This document shows, piece by piece, positions 37,612-46,736 of a stretch of DNA of 48,690 nt (the first letter of the stretch is position 1; every line of letters begins with the position of its first letter). Origin of the DNA: an uncultured bacterium (GTDB lineage: Bacteria; Cyanobacteriota; Cyanobacteriia; Leptolyngbyales; Leptolyngbyaceae); the NCBI GenBank assembly GCA_964494755.1, contig CAZBTL010000002.1, forward strand, positions 1 through 48,690, read 5' to 3'. A program made the position numbers and the translations under genes. Below the pieces are notes generated by a model, which did no database searches, was not told where the DNA came from, and saw only the letters and a list, made by a program, of their open reading frames with translations.

Positions 37612-38895
37612 GTGACTCAGACCAATCTTGACTTCCTTGCCCAGACCGATCCAGCGATCGCGGAAATAATTACCCAGGAACTACAACGTCAGCGCGACCA
37701 CCTGGAGCTAATTGCCAGCGAAAACTTTACCTCCGCAGCGGTTATGGCGGCCCAGGGTTCAGTCCTGACCAATAAATATGCCGAAGGACTGCCTGGCAAA
37801 CGCTACTACGGCGGTTGCGAATTTATTGATCGGGCAGAGCAATTGGCGATCGACCGGGTCAAACAACTATTTGGCGCAGCCCATGCCAACGTCCAACCCC
37901 ACTCCGGAGCCCAGGCCAACTTTGCCGTATTCCTGGCCCTACTAGAACCGGGAGACACCATCATGGGCATGGACCTTTCCCACGGCGGACACCTGACCCA
38001 CGGGTCTCCGGTCAACGTCTCCGGCAAGTGGTTCAAGGTGCAACACTATGGAGTCAGCCAGGAAACAGAACAGTTGGACTATGACCAGGTTCGTGATCTG
38101 GCCCAGCAACATCGCCCCAAGCTGATTATCTGTGGCTATTCCGCCTATCCCCGCATCATCCAGTTTGACAAGTTCCGCGAAATTGCCGACGAAGTCGGGG
38201 CTTACTTACTAGCAGACATCGCCCACATTGCTGGTTTAGTCGCCACTGGACACCACCCCAATCCCCTGCCCTATTGCGACGTCGTCACCACCACCACCCA
38301 CAAAACCCTGCGGGGCCCCAGAGGCGGCCTGATCATGACCCGTGATCCAGATCTGGGCAAGAAATTGGACAAAGCCGTCTTCCCTGGCACGCAGGGGGGC
38401 CCCCTGGAGCATGTCATTGCGGCCAAAGCCGTTGCCTTTGGAGAAGCCCTGAAACCGGAATTCAAAGCCTATTCGGCCCAGGTAATCACCAATGCCCAGA
38501 CCATGGCAACTCAGTTGCAAGCAAGAGGATTCAAGATCGTTTCCGGCGGCACGGACAATCACCTGATGTTGGTGGATTTACGCTCTATTGGCATGACCGG
38601 CAAGCTGGCGGATCAGTTGGTCAGTCAGGTTAATATCACAGCCAATAAGAACACCGTGCCCTTCGATCCGGAATCGCCGTTTGTCACCAGTGGACTACGG
38701 TTGGGGTCGCCTGCCATGACCACTCGGGGTATGGGGGTGGCGGAATTCACCGAAATTGGCAACATCATTGCTGATCGCCTCCTGAACCCTGAAGACGAAA
38801 CAGTGGCCGAAAACTGCCGCCGTCGGGTGGCCGATTTGTGTCAGCGGTTTCCCCTGTATCCCCATTTGACCATCCCAGTTCCAGCACTAGTCTAG
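37612..38895 (+). CDS. glyA: Serine hydroxymethyltransferase
   Basis: Full-length SHMT. Signatures include [24 protein letters not shown], and [14 protein letters not shown] with the PLP Lys. GTG start. Confidence 0.95.
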   Translation: MTQTNLDFLAQTDPAIAEIITQELQRQRDHLELIASENFTSAAVMAAQGSVLTNKYAEGLPGKRYYGGCEFIDRAEQLAIDRVKQLFGAAHANVQPHSGAQANFAVFLALLEPGDTIMGMDLSHGGHLTHGSPVNVSGKWFKVQHYGVSQETEQLDYDQVRDLAQQHRPKLIICGYSAYPRIIQFDKFREIADEVGAYLLADIAHIAGLVATGHHPNPLPYCDVVTTTTHKTLRGPRGGLIMTRDPDLGKKLDKAVFPGTQGGPLEHVIAAKAVAFGEALKPEFKAYSAQVITNAQTMATQLQARGFKIVSGGTDNHLMLVDLRSIGMTGKLADQLVSQVNITANKNTVPFDPESPFVTSGLRLGSPAMTTRGMGVAEFTEIGNIIADRLLNPEDETVAENCRRRVADLCQRFPLYPHLTIPVPALV

Positions 38896-39118
38896 GCAAG
38901 GCAGATAATTCATCCTGATGATTGGTTCTAATCAGAGGATGATCTTTGTAGAGGCGCTACAATTGTGTCTCTACGCCTGTTTTCTGCTTCAGATCAGGAC
39001 AATTTGGCCTGTAATTACCCCTAATTAGTAAAATGAACTGTATTAACAATTCTTTGCCAACTATCATCTGAAGTGTAGTACACTCTGCCTGACGCTGTTT
39101 TCACCCCTGCACTTCTCA

Positions 39119-40180
39119 ATGCCTTACCAGATTTATTACCTCATCGCGTTCCTGGTTGCTGCCCTGGTCGTCCTGTGGGCTACTCCAGTAGTGCGGAAAA
39201 TTGGCCTCAAAAGCGGGCGGGTCGATAAGCCGGGTGGTCGAAAGATTCACAATCGACCGATGGTACGGTTGGGGGGTGTTTCAATCTTTGCTGGCACGCT
39301 GATAGCACTTCTGATTGTCTGGTGGGCTGGTGGTTTTGGCGTTCTGCCTCCGGATAAGGAATACGAAGTTTGGGGCGTGGCCCTGGGGGGAATTGCCTTT
39401 TTCCTGATTGGCCTGACGGATGATCTCTTCGGTTTGTCTCCCATCACCCGTCTGCTCCTGCAAAGCCTGGTTGCTGGACTAGCCTGGAAGGCCGGGGTAC
39501 AGATAGATTTTTTGACAATTCCAGGGGTAGGTCTGGTTCCCTTAGCAGACTGGATTAGTTTGCCAATTACGGTAATCTGGTTGGTCGGCATGGCCAATGC
39601 CATTAACTGGATCGATGGGCTAGATGGTCTGGCGGCAGGGGTTTCCGGCATCGCAGCCACGGTGATGTTGATTGTTTGTCTGTTTATGAATCAACCCGCC
39701 GCCGCTTTGATCGCTGCAGCCCTGGCTGGCGGAACCCTGGGTTTCCTGCGATACAACTTTAATCCGGCCCAGATTTTTATGGGGGATGGCGGTGCTTATT
39801 TCCTGGGCTTTACCCTGGCAGGGGTGGGCATCATTGGGCTAGTAAAAGGGGTAACCACCGTGACAATTACGGTGGCGGTCGTTTTGCCCTATGTCATTCT
39901 GGCGGTGCCAATTCTGGATATGTCGGCGGTGATTATTGATCGGCTGCGGCGAGGAAAGTCACCCTTCATTGCCGATAAGCGTCATCTACACCATCGCCTG
40001 CTGGATGCCGGTTTGTCCCACCGGTTAGCGGTTCTGTTTATCTATTCCCTGACATTGTGGGTAGGAACGATCGCCCTGGCAGTTTCGGGAATGCCCAGCG
40101 GTCTGGGATATGCGATCGCAGCCACCGCGTTGCTCAGTTTTACCAGTTGGCAGGTTTGGAAGACCGCCCGCCAGCCCTGA
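39119..40180 (+). CDS. Glycosyltransferase family 4 polyprenyl-phosphate sugar-1-phosphate transferase (WecA/TagO-like)
   Basis: About 10 transmembrane helices. Motifs TDDLFGLSP, NAINWIDGLDGLAAG and DKRHLHHRLL are characteristic of the WecA branch rather than MraY, which has NLTDGLDGLA and HHHFE. Confidence 0.85.
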   Translation: MPYQIYYLIAFLVAALVVLWATPVVRKIGLKSGRVDKPGGRKIHNRPMVRLGGVSIFAGTLIALLIVWWAGGFGVLPPDKEYEVWGVALGGIAFFLIGLTDDLFGLSPITRLLLQSLVAGLAWKAGVQIDFLTIPGVGLVPLADWISLPITVIWLVGMANAINWIDGLDGLAAGVSGIAATVMLIVCLFMNQPAAALIAAALAGGTLGFLRYNFNPAQIFMGDGGAYFLGFTLAGVGIIGLVKGVTTVTITVAVVLPYVILAVPILDMSAVIIDRLRRGKSPFIADKRHLHHRLLDAGLSHRLAVLFIYSLTLWVGTIALAVSGMPSGLGYAIAATALLSFTSWQVWKTARQP

Positions 40181-40198
40181 TTGCCCCCAGGAACTAAC

Positions 40199-40708
40199 AT
40201 GTACATTCGGGAGGCGGTAGAACCCGATTTGCCAGCCATCGTTGCGATTTACAATGCCGCCATTCCCTGTCAGATCGTAACGGCGGACATCGAACCTATT
40301 TCAGTGGAAAGTCGCCTGGCCTGGTTCCACCAACACCTACCCAGCCAATATCCCCTCTGGGTCATGCAGGCGGAAGCGGAAATTGCTGGTTGGTTGGGAT
40401 TTCAGCAGTTTTATAGCAAGCGACAGGCCTACCAATCGACGGCCGAATTGAGCCTCTATGTAGCGCCGGTCTATCAGCGTCAGGGCATCGGCCAGGCTCT
40501 CCTACAAGCGGCGATCGCCCGCAGTCCATCTCTTGGTCTTAAAACGCTGGTGGGGTTGATCTTTGCCGAAAATCAACCCAGCCTGCGGCTATTTGAGAAA
40601 TTTGGTTTTCAGCAATGGGGTTACTTGCCTGAGATTGCCGAGTTTGGAAGCATCTCAAGAGACCTGGTCATTGTGGGACGTAAAGTTACCCTCCCTGACC
40701 AGCCTTAG
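40199..40708 (+). CDS. GNAT-family N-acetyltransferase (phosphinothricin/MSO acetyltransferase-like)
   Basis: IREAVEPDLPAIVAIYN..., with the acetyl-CoA motif YQRQGIGQALLQAAI. ATG at 40199 follows AGGA. Confidence 0.85.
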   Translation: MYIREAVEPDLPAIVAIYNAAIPCQIVTADIEPISVESRLAWFHQHLPSQYPLWVMQAEAEIAGWLGFQQFYSKRQAYQSTAELSLYVAPVYQRQGIGQALLQAAIARSPSLGLKTLVGLIFAENQPSLRLFEKFGFQQWGYLPEIAEFGSISRDLVIVGRKVTLPDQP

Positions 40709-41100
40709 GCATGTCCTGATTCGGCCAGGGAAGTTCCCTGCTTGCCCCTCGCCAATGCCTTCAGGACATCGTCAACCCCGGCAGTCCAACCCAGAATTCC
40801 ACCCTGTGATCGCATCATTTGCAGACAAGCCAGCTTGAATTCTGGAAAGTAGCTTTCCGTTACATCCTCAACCAGCAGACAGTCCAATACCACAATCATC
40901 AATCGCCCCGTAGACGACGGATCGCCAATGTTTAAGGGCTCCCACATCCGCCTTTGTTTCAATGGCAGGCGGCCTGAAAGGTCTGGCTGAGGTCCCTCAA
41001 TGGGGTGTACACAATAGGCAGTTTCAGAACCCGAAAGGTTTCCAGCAACCGCTTCAGGGTAGGAACAATCCTTATGACCTGGCTTGACACAATAGAACAT
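40705..41100 (-). CDS. Hypothetical protein (131 aa)
   Basis: ORF only. It fills a gap that has no better-supported frame, and its end overlaps the GNAT stop by 4 nt (convergent). No motif recognised. Confidence 0.35.
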   Translation of the reverse strand: MFYCVKPGHKDCSYPEAVAGNLSGSETAYCVHPIEGPQPDLSGRLPLKQRRMWEPLNIGDPSSTGRLMIVVLDCLLVEDVTESYFPEFKLACLQMMRSQGGILGWTAGVDDVLKALARGKQGTSLAESGHA

Positions 41101-41160
41101 GTGTTCTATAAAATTTTTACAGCGATCGTCGAATGGCTAATGGCGGCGATCGCATTATTT

Positions 41161-41460
41161 CTAAACTTTACCGTCAAACCGCTGGTACCAGACGATGTTG
41201 GCTAACACCAGAACCACCAGGGTAATACCACCACCAACCCAGGCCAGCATCGGGTTGTAACCACCTCGACCTAGGTTCTCCATCCAGAGATGGGTCAAGT
41301 CGGACGACAAAAACCGATCCGCAAGGAACGGAGAAAGATACATCAGTGCTGCTCCCACAATCAGCCAGCCCACCATAGAGGCAAGCAAAAAGATGGTCTT
41401 AGCAGTAGATTGACGGCCCATGCGCGAATCTCGGTACAGAACTAAAGTTGAGCCTAGCAC
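41161..41460 (-). CDS. Small two-helix membrane protein
   Basis: Two clear hydrophobic helices (IFLLASMVGWLIVGAALMYL and MLAWVGGGITLVVLVLANIVWY). The likely start is Met at 41421. Confidence 0.5.
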   Translation of the reverse strand: MLGSTLVLYRDSRMGRQSTAKTIFLLASMVGWLIVGAALMYLSPFLADRFLSSDLTHLWMENLGRGGYNPMLAWVGGGITLVVLVLANIVWYQRFDGKV

Positions 41461-41552
41461 AGGGTGTTGACCCGATTGCTGGGCATCTGCCAGGAACTAG
41501 CAAGCAGTCGGCCAGATTTTAGTTTAAGGTTAAAGGTTAGTTCTTCAGATGG

Positions 41553-42284
41553 ATGCGCATGGTTGACTTTCCCACTAGCCTGGAAATGGCGATCGCCCAG
41601 GCCCAGCAAGCAACCCAGACTGCCCTTGCAGTTGGTTATACCCGCTTAAGCGTAGAACTGCTTATACCGGAACTAAAACCCATGCCCCCGGCTCGGCAAT
41701 ACCTGTCGGTCTTTGAAAACATGGGACCACACCTCAAGGTCTTTTTCACCGATGCCGGAACAGCCGCCCTGGCCCGACGGGACTGGGCCAACCTACCCCA
41801 TACCATCAGCAGCATTGACATTGCCGGAGCCCGCCAAACTACTGAAGTCGAAGAGCTGATAGAGCCAGAAGACCAGGCATTTCTGTTTGTCGCCCCAACT
41901 GCCGTCGAAGTTTATCTGGTGGAAAAAATTTGCACCGCAGCCGGAGAGCGGCCGGTCATCCTATTCAATCCCCGTCTAGAGGATATCGGCACGGTGGGCC
42001 TTGGCTCCGCCGCCCGTGAACTACGAACCCGATTCCTCAGCCTGTTTGAACCCTGCTATTTTCTGCGTCCGCTCGAACTGATTACCCTCTTGCGGTTTTA
42101 TCCCACCCCCTGGCAGGTTTGGCTGGAGGACAATGGCAGCCATCGGCTGATTGCCGAAGAACTATTAAAACCCGACTCGGAAACCCTAGAGAAGATTGTC
42201 CGGGATGCGTTGGGACCGGCAAAGACGCCACAGCGAAGCTTTCTGAGCAACTTGCAGCAGTTTCTAAGGGCCCTGGGACAGTAA
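41553..42284 (+). CDS. DUF1995-family protein
   Basis: N-terminus FPTSLEMAIAQAQQATQTALAVGYTRLSVELLIPELK fits my recollection of the DUF1995 signature (LP.SLEEA..QA..A...AL..G..R..VE). Length 243 aa. Confidence 0.6.
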   Translation: MRMVDFPTSLEMAIAQAQQATQTALAVGYTRLSVELLIPELKPMPPARQYLSVFENMGPHLKVFFTDAGTAALARRDWANLPHTISSIDIAGARQTTEVEELIEPEDQAFLFVAPTAVEVYLVEKICTAAGERPVILFNPRLEDIGTVGLGSAARELRTRFLSLFEPCYFLRPLELITLLRFYPTPWQVWLEDNGSHRLIAEELLKPDSETLEKIVRDALGPAKTPQRSFLSNLQQFLRALGQ

Positions 42285-42485
42285 AGCCTGAATTAATTTG
42301 GATCGAAGGAATATGAGGTTTCTTGCTGACGTAGTGAGCCTATAGAAATCAGGGGCATAATGAGGGTATTCTAATTGCCGCTCGTCAGTTCTGGCTTGCG
42401 ATATTTCAGCCTATTTCAAGCTGAAAGAATGAACTGACAGAGGTCTGCAATCGGTTCCGTGTTTGAGTGTTAAGAGGTCGATCGC

Positions 42486-43244
42486 ATGGGTGAAGTAACG
42501 CCCCGTCGCATCATTATCGGAGATGTGCATGGTCACTATGAAGGGCTGATGATGCTATTGGATGCGATCTCGCCCGGTCTGCAGGATGAGGTCTACTTCC
42601 TGGGAGACTTAATCGACCGGGGACCTGACAGTGCCCGCGTTGTCAACTTTGTCCAGCAAAGCGCCCATACCTGTTTGCTGGGTAACCACGAACAACTGAT
42701 GCTGGATGCATTTCCGGCTGGCCGAACCTTTACCCCAGCGCTGCAAGCCTGGTTGTATAGCGGCGGTCGCTCAACCGTTGCCAGCTATAAGGACATCAAC
42801 CATCTGCTGGATCACGTGGAGTGGATGAAAACCCTACCCACCTATCTGGACTTGGGGGATTTGTGGCTGGTGCATGCCGGTGTGGATCCGGAGCTTCCCC
42901 TTTCAGCCCAGACCACCCATGAATTTTGCTGGATCCGGGATGATTTTCACACCATTGATACGCCCTATTTTTCGAATAAACTGATCATCACCGGGCATAC
43001 CATCACCTTCACCTTGCCCAATGTGCCCCCTGGCTCCCTGGCTAGGGGATGTGGCTGGTTGGATATTGATACCGGCGCCTATCATCCCAAGAGTGGTTGG
43101 CTGACTGGCTTAGACATGACGACGAAAAACGTTTACCAGGTCAATGTGTTTAAGCGCACCCTGCGAACCTTGCCCCTAACAGAAGCCAGTGTTCAAATAG
43201 ACCCAACTCAGATTCAGTCCCATCGGCAGGCCTTGCGGCTGTAA
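42486..43244 (+). CDS. PPP-family metallophosphoesterase (Ser/Thr protein phosphatase, PrpA/ApaH-like)
   Basis: Motifs GDVHG, GDLIDRGPDS and GNHE are all present in the canonical order, with a downstream GH(T) motif. Confidence 0.9.
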   Translation: MGEVTPRRIIIGDVHGHYEGLMMLLDAISPGLQDEVYFLGDLIDRGPDSARVVNFVQQSAHTCLLGNHEQLMLDAFPAGRTFTPALQAWLYSGGRSTVASYKDINHLLDHVEWMKTLPTYLDLGDLWLVHAGVDPELPLSAQTTHEFCWIRDDFHTIDTPYFSNKLIITGHTITFTLPNVPPGSLARGCGWLDIDTGAYHPKSGWLTGLDMTTKNVYQVNVFKRTLRTLPLTEASVQIDPTQIQSHRQALRL

Positions 43245-43249
43245 GGATG

Positions 43250-44143
43250 TTACGGGAAGGGCTCTATTGCTCTGTGGCGGAGTCGGCTGCCAGGGTTGGA
43301 TGGGAGTAAGGGCAAAACAGTGGCTCGATAGGCTGCACTATCCAGCCCTTTTCCCATATCTACCTGTCCTGGAGTAGTCATTGCCTGCATCCGTTGCACC
43401 CGGTCAGTGGTGGAGGGGTGGGTGCTGAAGAAAGCTGGCAGGGGCGATCGGCGCATTAGCTTACTCATAAAGGTAATGGCGCCCCGTTGGGCATAGCCAG
43501 ATCTGCCTAGGGTCGTAATCCCCATTTGATCGGCCAGGAACTCGTCATTGCGGCTATTGGGACGGCGCAGAGCCAGTTCCAACCCCAGGTTGACCGCCGT
43601 ATTCCGATTCAATCCGGCGGCTCCCACCAGTCCTCGAGCGATCGCCATCTCTTTCATCTGGTTGACCGAATGACGACCGGCAATATGACCAATTTCATGG
43701 GCCAGCACACTGGCCAACTCGGCTTCATTATCAGCGGCTTTAATCAGACCGCTGTTGACATAAACAAAGCCACCCATCGTGGCAAAGGCATTGATGTTGT
43801 TATCGGCCACCACCTGGAACGTGTAGGGAATTTGCGGACGGGTACTTTCAGCCGCCAAACGACGACCGATTTGGCTGATATACCGTTGCAATTCCGGGCT
43901 TTGGAGAATTTGCACCTGCTGATGCAGTTGCTGGTTAATTTGCTGGCCGATCGCCACCTCTTGCTGATCGGTCAGAGTGGAAAGCTGGATCACTTGCAGA
44001 CCTCTCAAAATCAGGTCGGCCCAGGAAATGGCCTGCCCCACCATCGGGCGTCCGAAGCACAGGCCCAAGATCACCGTCAGGGAAATCAGAGGATACAGCC
44101 AGAATCGAAACCGCCGTCGGCAGCGGAAAGGAGACTCAGACAT
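43250..44143 (-). CDS. M48-family zinc metallopeptidase
   Basis: N-terminal transmembrane/signal segment. HEXXH in LAHEIGHIAGRH, with a downstream E (NDEFLADQ). Confidence 0.9.
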   Translation of the reverse strand: MSESPFRCRRRFRFWLYPLISLTVILGLCFGRPMVGQAISWADLILRGLQVIQLSTLTDQQEVAIGQQINQQLHQQVQILQSPELQRYISQIGRRLAAESTRPQIPYTFQVVADNNINAFATMGGFVYVNSGLIKAADNEAELASVLAHEIGHIAGRHSVNQMKEMAIARGLVGAAGLNRNTAVNLGLELALRRPNSRNDEFLADQMGITTLGRSGYAQRGAITFMSKLMRRSPLPAFFSTHPSTTDRVQRMQAMTTPGQVDMGKGLDSAAYRATVLPLLPSNPGSRLRHRAIEPFP

Positions 44144-44395
44144 AACCGTTATGCATCCGAGGAGACGACAGTATTACGACAGGCAGCCCTTGGACGTTGT
44201 TGAAAAGCAGGATGAATTGAAACGAGGTTTCAAGCACCCAGCATCCTTTTCATGGCTGGAATCAGCAATGCTGACCCTTGAGAACTTCTCCCAACCAGAT
44301 TCTGGAAGATTTCAGTCAAGGTCAGACTGGCTCCGACCTCAGTTATAGACTGAAAAACTGACTTGTATGTTTCCGATTGGATTGCGATTCGCACG

Positions 44396-44428
44396 AACAG
44401 GATAGTTTCTGTCGGTCCTGTTTTTTTA
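44396..44428 (+). terminator. Orphan intrinsic-terminator-like hairpin in the tpsB upstream region
   Basis: Stem AACAGGA (44396-44402) / TCCTGTT (44416-44422), 13-nt loop, run of seven T (44421-44427). No + strand gene lies upstream of it. Confidence 0.5.
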
Positions 44429-44716
44429 TGGCCGGATCGTCTAGACCGTCCACTGGTTCTTTGAGCCAAACAAGGGCTGAAACCCTCTGTGGAAAAGCCT
44501 TACCTGTCCATTCTTGTGAGTTTTTGTCGTGGCATTGCGATGGGACGTGACTGATTGTTCCGGTTTTGTTACGCTTACCGAGCACCCTGGTTAAAATGGG
44601 TCAGCTTTTGGCCAGGAAAGACTATGGAGTGGGTTTCAAACCAGCCAGTGTGTCCTGTCCTGGTCAATCAAGATGCACCGTGTTGGCAATTCGTGTTGTA
44701 CCGAAAGTCAGTTTCC

Positions 44717-46453
44717 ATGGCACTACTATCCTCCGGACGTTGGCACAGGGTCATTGGCATTAGTGGAATGGTGTGGAGTATCACCTGTTCCGCGATCGCG
44801 GCTCCTGTTTCACCCGCCATTTCTTCAGGAACAGAGGCACTTCCCACTGCTCAAGCGCCGTCGCAACCGGAACAGCCCGGTGATCCAGCCAAACTGGCTC
44901 CCCCCCTGGCCCCCGCGCCCTTGCCAGAACCCACAACGCCCCCAGAAACACCGCCGCCCACCCTGCCGGTGACGAAGGTGGAAGTGCTGGGAAGCACCAT
45001 CTTCACCCCGGCGGATTTCCAGCCCATTGTCCAGTCGGTGGAAGGCAAGTCTGTCAGCCTGGAAGAACTGCGCCAGGTAGCCGATGCCATTACCCAACTC
45101 TACCTGGACCGAGGTTACATCACCTCTCGGGCCATCCTAGTGGATCAAACGGTTAAAGAAGGAGTGGTCCAGTTTCAGGTGATTGAAGGATCCCTGGAGC
45201 GGATTGAACTGGACGGCAACTTTCGGGTACGACCCTCTTATATCCGCGATCGCATTATGTTAGGGGGCGGAACCCCCTTAAACCGGGACAAGTTGGAAGA
45301 CCAGTTGCGGTTACTGAAACTGAACCCCCTGTTTTCCAATGTGGAAGCTAGTCTGCGACCGGGCAGCGAACTGGGACAAAGCATTTTAGTGGTGCGGGTA
45401 ACGGAAGTGCCAGCTCTGACGGGCCTGATTGGGGTCGATAACTATTCCCCGCCAGCCGTTGGTTCCATCCGGTTAGGGGGAATTGTCAACCTGCGCAATC
45501 CCTCCGGCCTGGGGGATGATCTGCTGGCCTCCTTTTACGGCACCACTGCTGGAGGCAGTAACATCTTTGATCTGGTCTATCGGGTGCCGGTCAATGCCAT
45601 GGATGGCGCAGTGCGGTTTCGTTTCTCTCCCAGCAACAGCCGGATTGTTGATGACGATTTCAGCGCCCTGGGGATTGAGGGCAACTCCCAACTGTATGAC
45701 CTGAACTTTCGCCAGCCAATTATCCGCAATCCCAGGGAAGAATTTGCCCTGTCGTTAGGCTTTACCGTCCAGAACGGTCAAACCTTTTTGTTCAATGACA
45801 TTGGTTTTCCCTTCGGATTTGGTCCTAGTCAGGATGGCAACAGCCGCACCCGTGTCCTCAACTTCAGCCAGGACTACGTCAAGCGCGATCCCTTTGGGGC
45901 CTGGGTGGTTCGTTCCCAGTTCAATTTTGGCTTGAATATTTTGGATGCCACTACCAATCCCTCGCCCATTCCCGATGGCGAATTTTTTAGCTGGCAGGGG
46001 CAGCTACAACGGGTGCAGCGCTTTGGCAGCAGTAGCTTGTTCATTGCCCAGGCCGACATTCAACTAACGCCCGACAGTCTATTGCCGTTTAATCAGTTTG
46101 TCCTGGGTGGGGGACAGTCGTTGTTGGGCTATCGGCAAAATGTGCGATCGGGGGACAATGGCTTCCTAATCACGCTGGAGAATCGATTTATCCTGACCCG
46201 TGATGAGGGCGGACGGCCGCTGGTGCTGCTGGCGCCCTTTCTGCAAGGAGGTGGGGTCTGGAACAATCCCGACAATCCCAACCAGTTACCTCCCCAGACC
46301 TTTTTGGGTGATATCGGGGTTGGTTTGCTGTTGCAACCGACGCCCAAATTCAGTCTACGGTTGGATGGTGCAATTCCGTTTGTGCAACTGCGCGATCGCG
46401 GCAATAATCTCCAGGACTACGGCGTTTACTTCACCGTGAATTACCAGCCATAG
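44717..46453 (+). CDS. ShlB/FhaC/HecB-family two-partner-secretion outer-membrane transporter (TpsB)
   Basis: Signal peptide from Met at 44717 ([10 protein letters not shown]), Pro-rich linker, POTRA_2 signature (VEVLGSTIF...[14 protein letters not shown]...IEG.L..IEL.G), and a C-terminal beta-barrel ending in an aromatic-rich strand (VYFTVNYQP). Confidence 0.85.
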   Translation: MALLSSGRWHRVIGISGMVWSITCSAIAAPVSPAISSGTEALPTAQAPSQPEQPGDPAKLAPPLAPAPLPEPTTPPETPPPTLPVTKVEVLGSTIFTPADFQPIVQSVEGKSVSLEELRQVADAITQLYLDRGYITSRAILVDQTVKEGVVQFQVIEGSLERIELDGNFRVRPSYIRDRIMLGGGTPLNRDKLEDQLRLLKLNPLFSNVEASLRPGSELGQSILVVRVTEVPALTGLIGVDNYSPPAVGSIRLGGIVNLRNPSGLGDDLLASFYGTTAGGSNIFDLVYRVPVNAMDGAVRFRFSPSNSRIVDDDFSALGIEGNSQLYDLNFRQPIIRNPREEFALSLGFTVQNGQTFLFNDIGFPFGFGPSQDGNSRTRVLNFSQDYVKRDPFGAWVVRSQFNFGLNILDATTNPSPIPDGEFFSWQGQLQRVQRFGSSSLFIAQADIQLTPDSLLPFNQFVLGGGQSLLGYRQNVRSGDNGFLITLENRFILTRDEGGRPLVLLAPFLQGGGVWNNPDNPNQLPPQTFLGDIGVGLLLQPTPKFSLRLDGAIPFVQLRDRGNNLQDYGVYFTVNYQP

Positions 46454-46467
46454 CTGAAAACCTGGCA

Positions 46468-46728
46468 GTGGGTCGGCAGGGATCCCGCATGCAAAATCGC
46501 CTTGAACCCTTTCTCCGGTTTAATAGTCTAAAGGGAATTGATCTCACCCTGGAAGAAGGCGAGTATGTTGCCATCATGGGCGTTTCGGGTTCCGGCAAAC
46601 CCACTTTGATGACCATTATCGGATGTTTGGACCGGCCAACCGACGGGTTCTATGTCCTGAAAGGCAATAATCTGAATCACCTGAAGGATGGATGGCCTCA
46701 TTGTTCCTTAATGATTAACCTGCAATGA
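46468..46728 (+). pseudogene. Truncated ABC-transporter ATPase fragment (MacB/LolD/DevA-like)
   Basis: [49 protein letters not shown] matches the first ~70 aa of this ATPase class. Walker A is altered (GKPT instead of GKST). The Q-loop, signature motif, Walker B and H-loop are all absent, and the frame stops after 86 codons. Confidence 0.6.
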
Positions 46729-46736
46729 TTAACCTG

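Noticed and set aside
38896-39118. Terminator after glyA
   Set aside because: Several short imperfect hairpins (for example GTAGAG...CTCTAC and AGGCG...CGCCT followed by GTTTTCTGCTT) are present. None has a convincing stem plus T-tract, so it is left uncalled.
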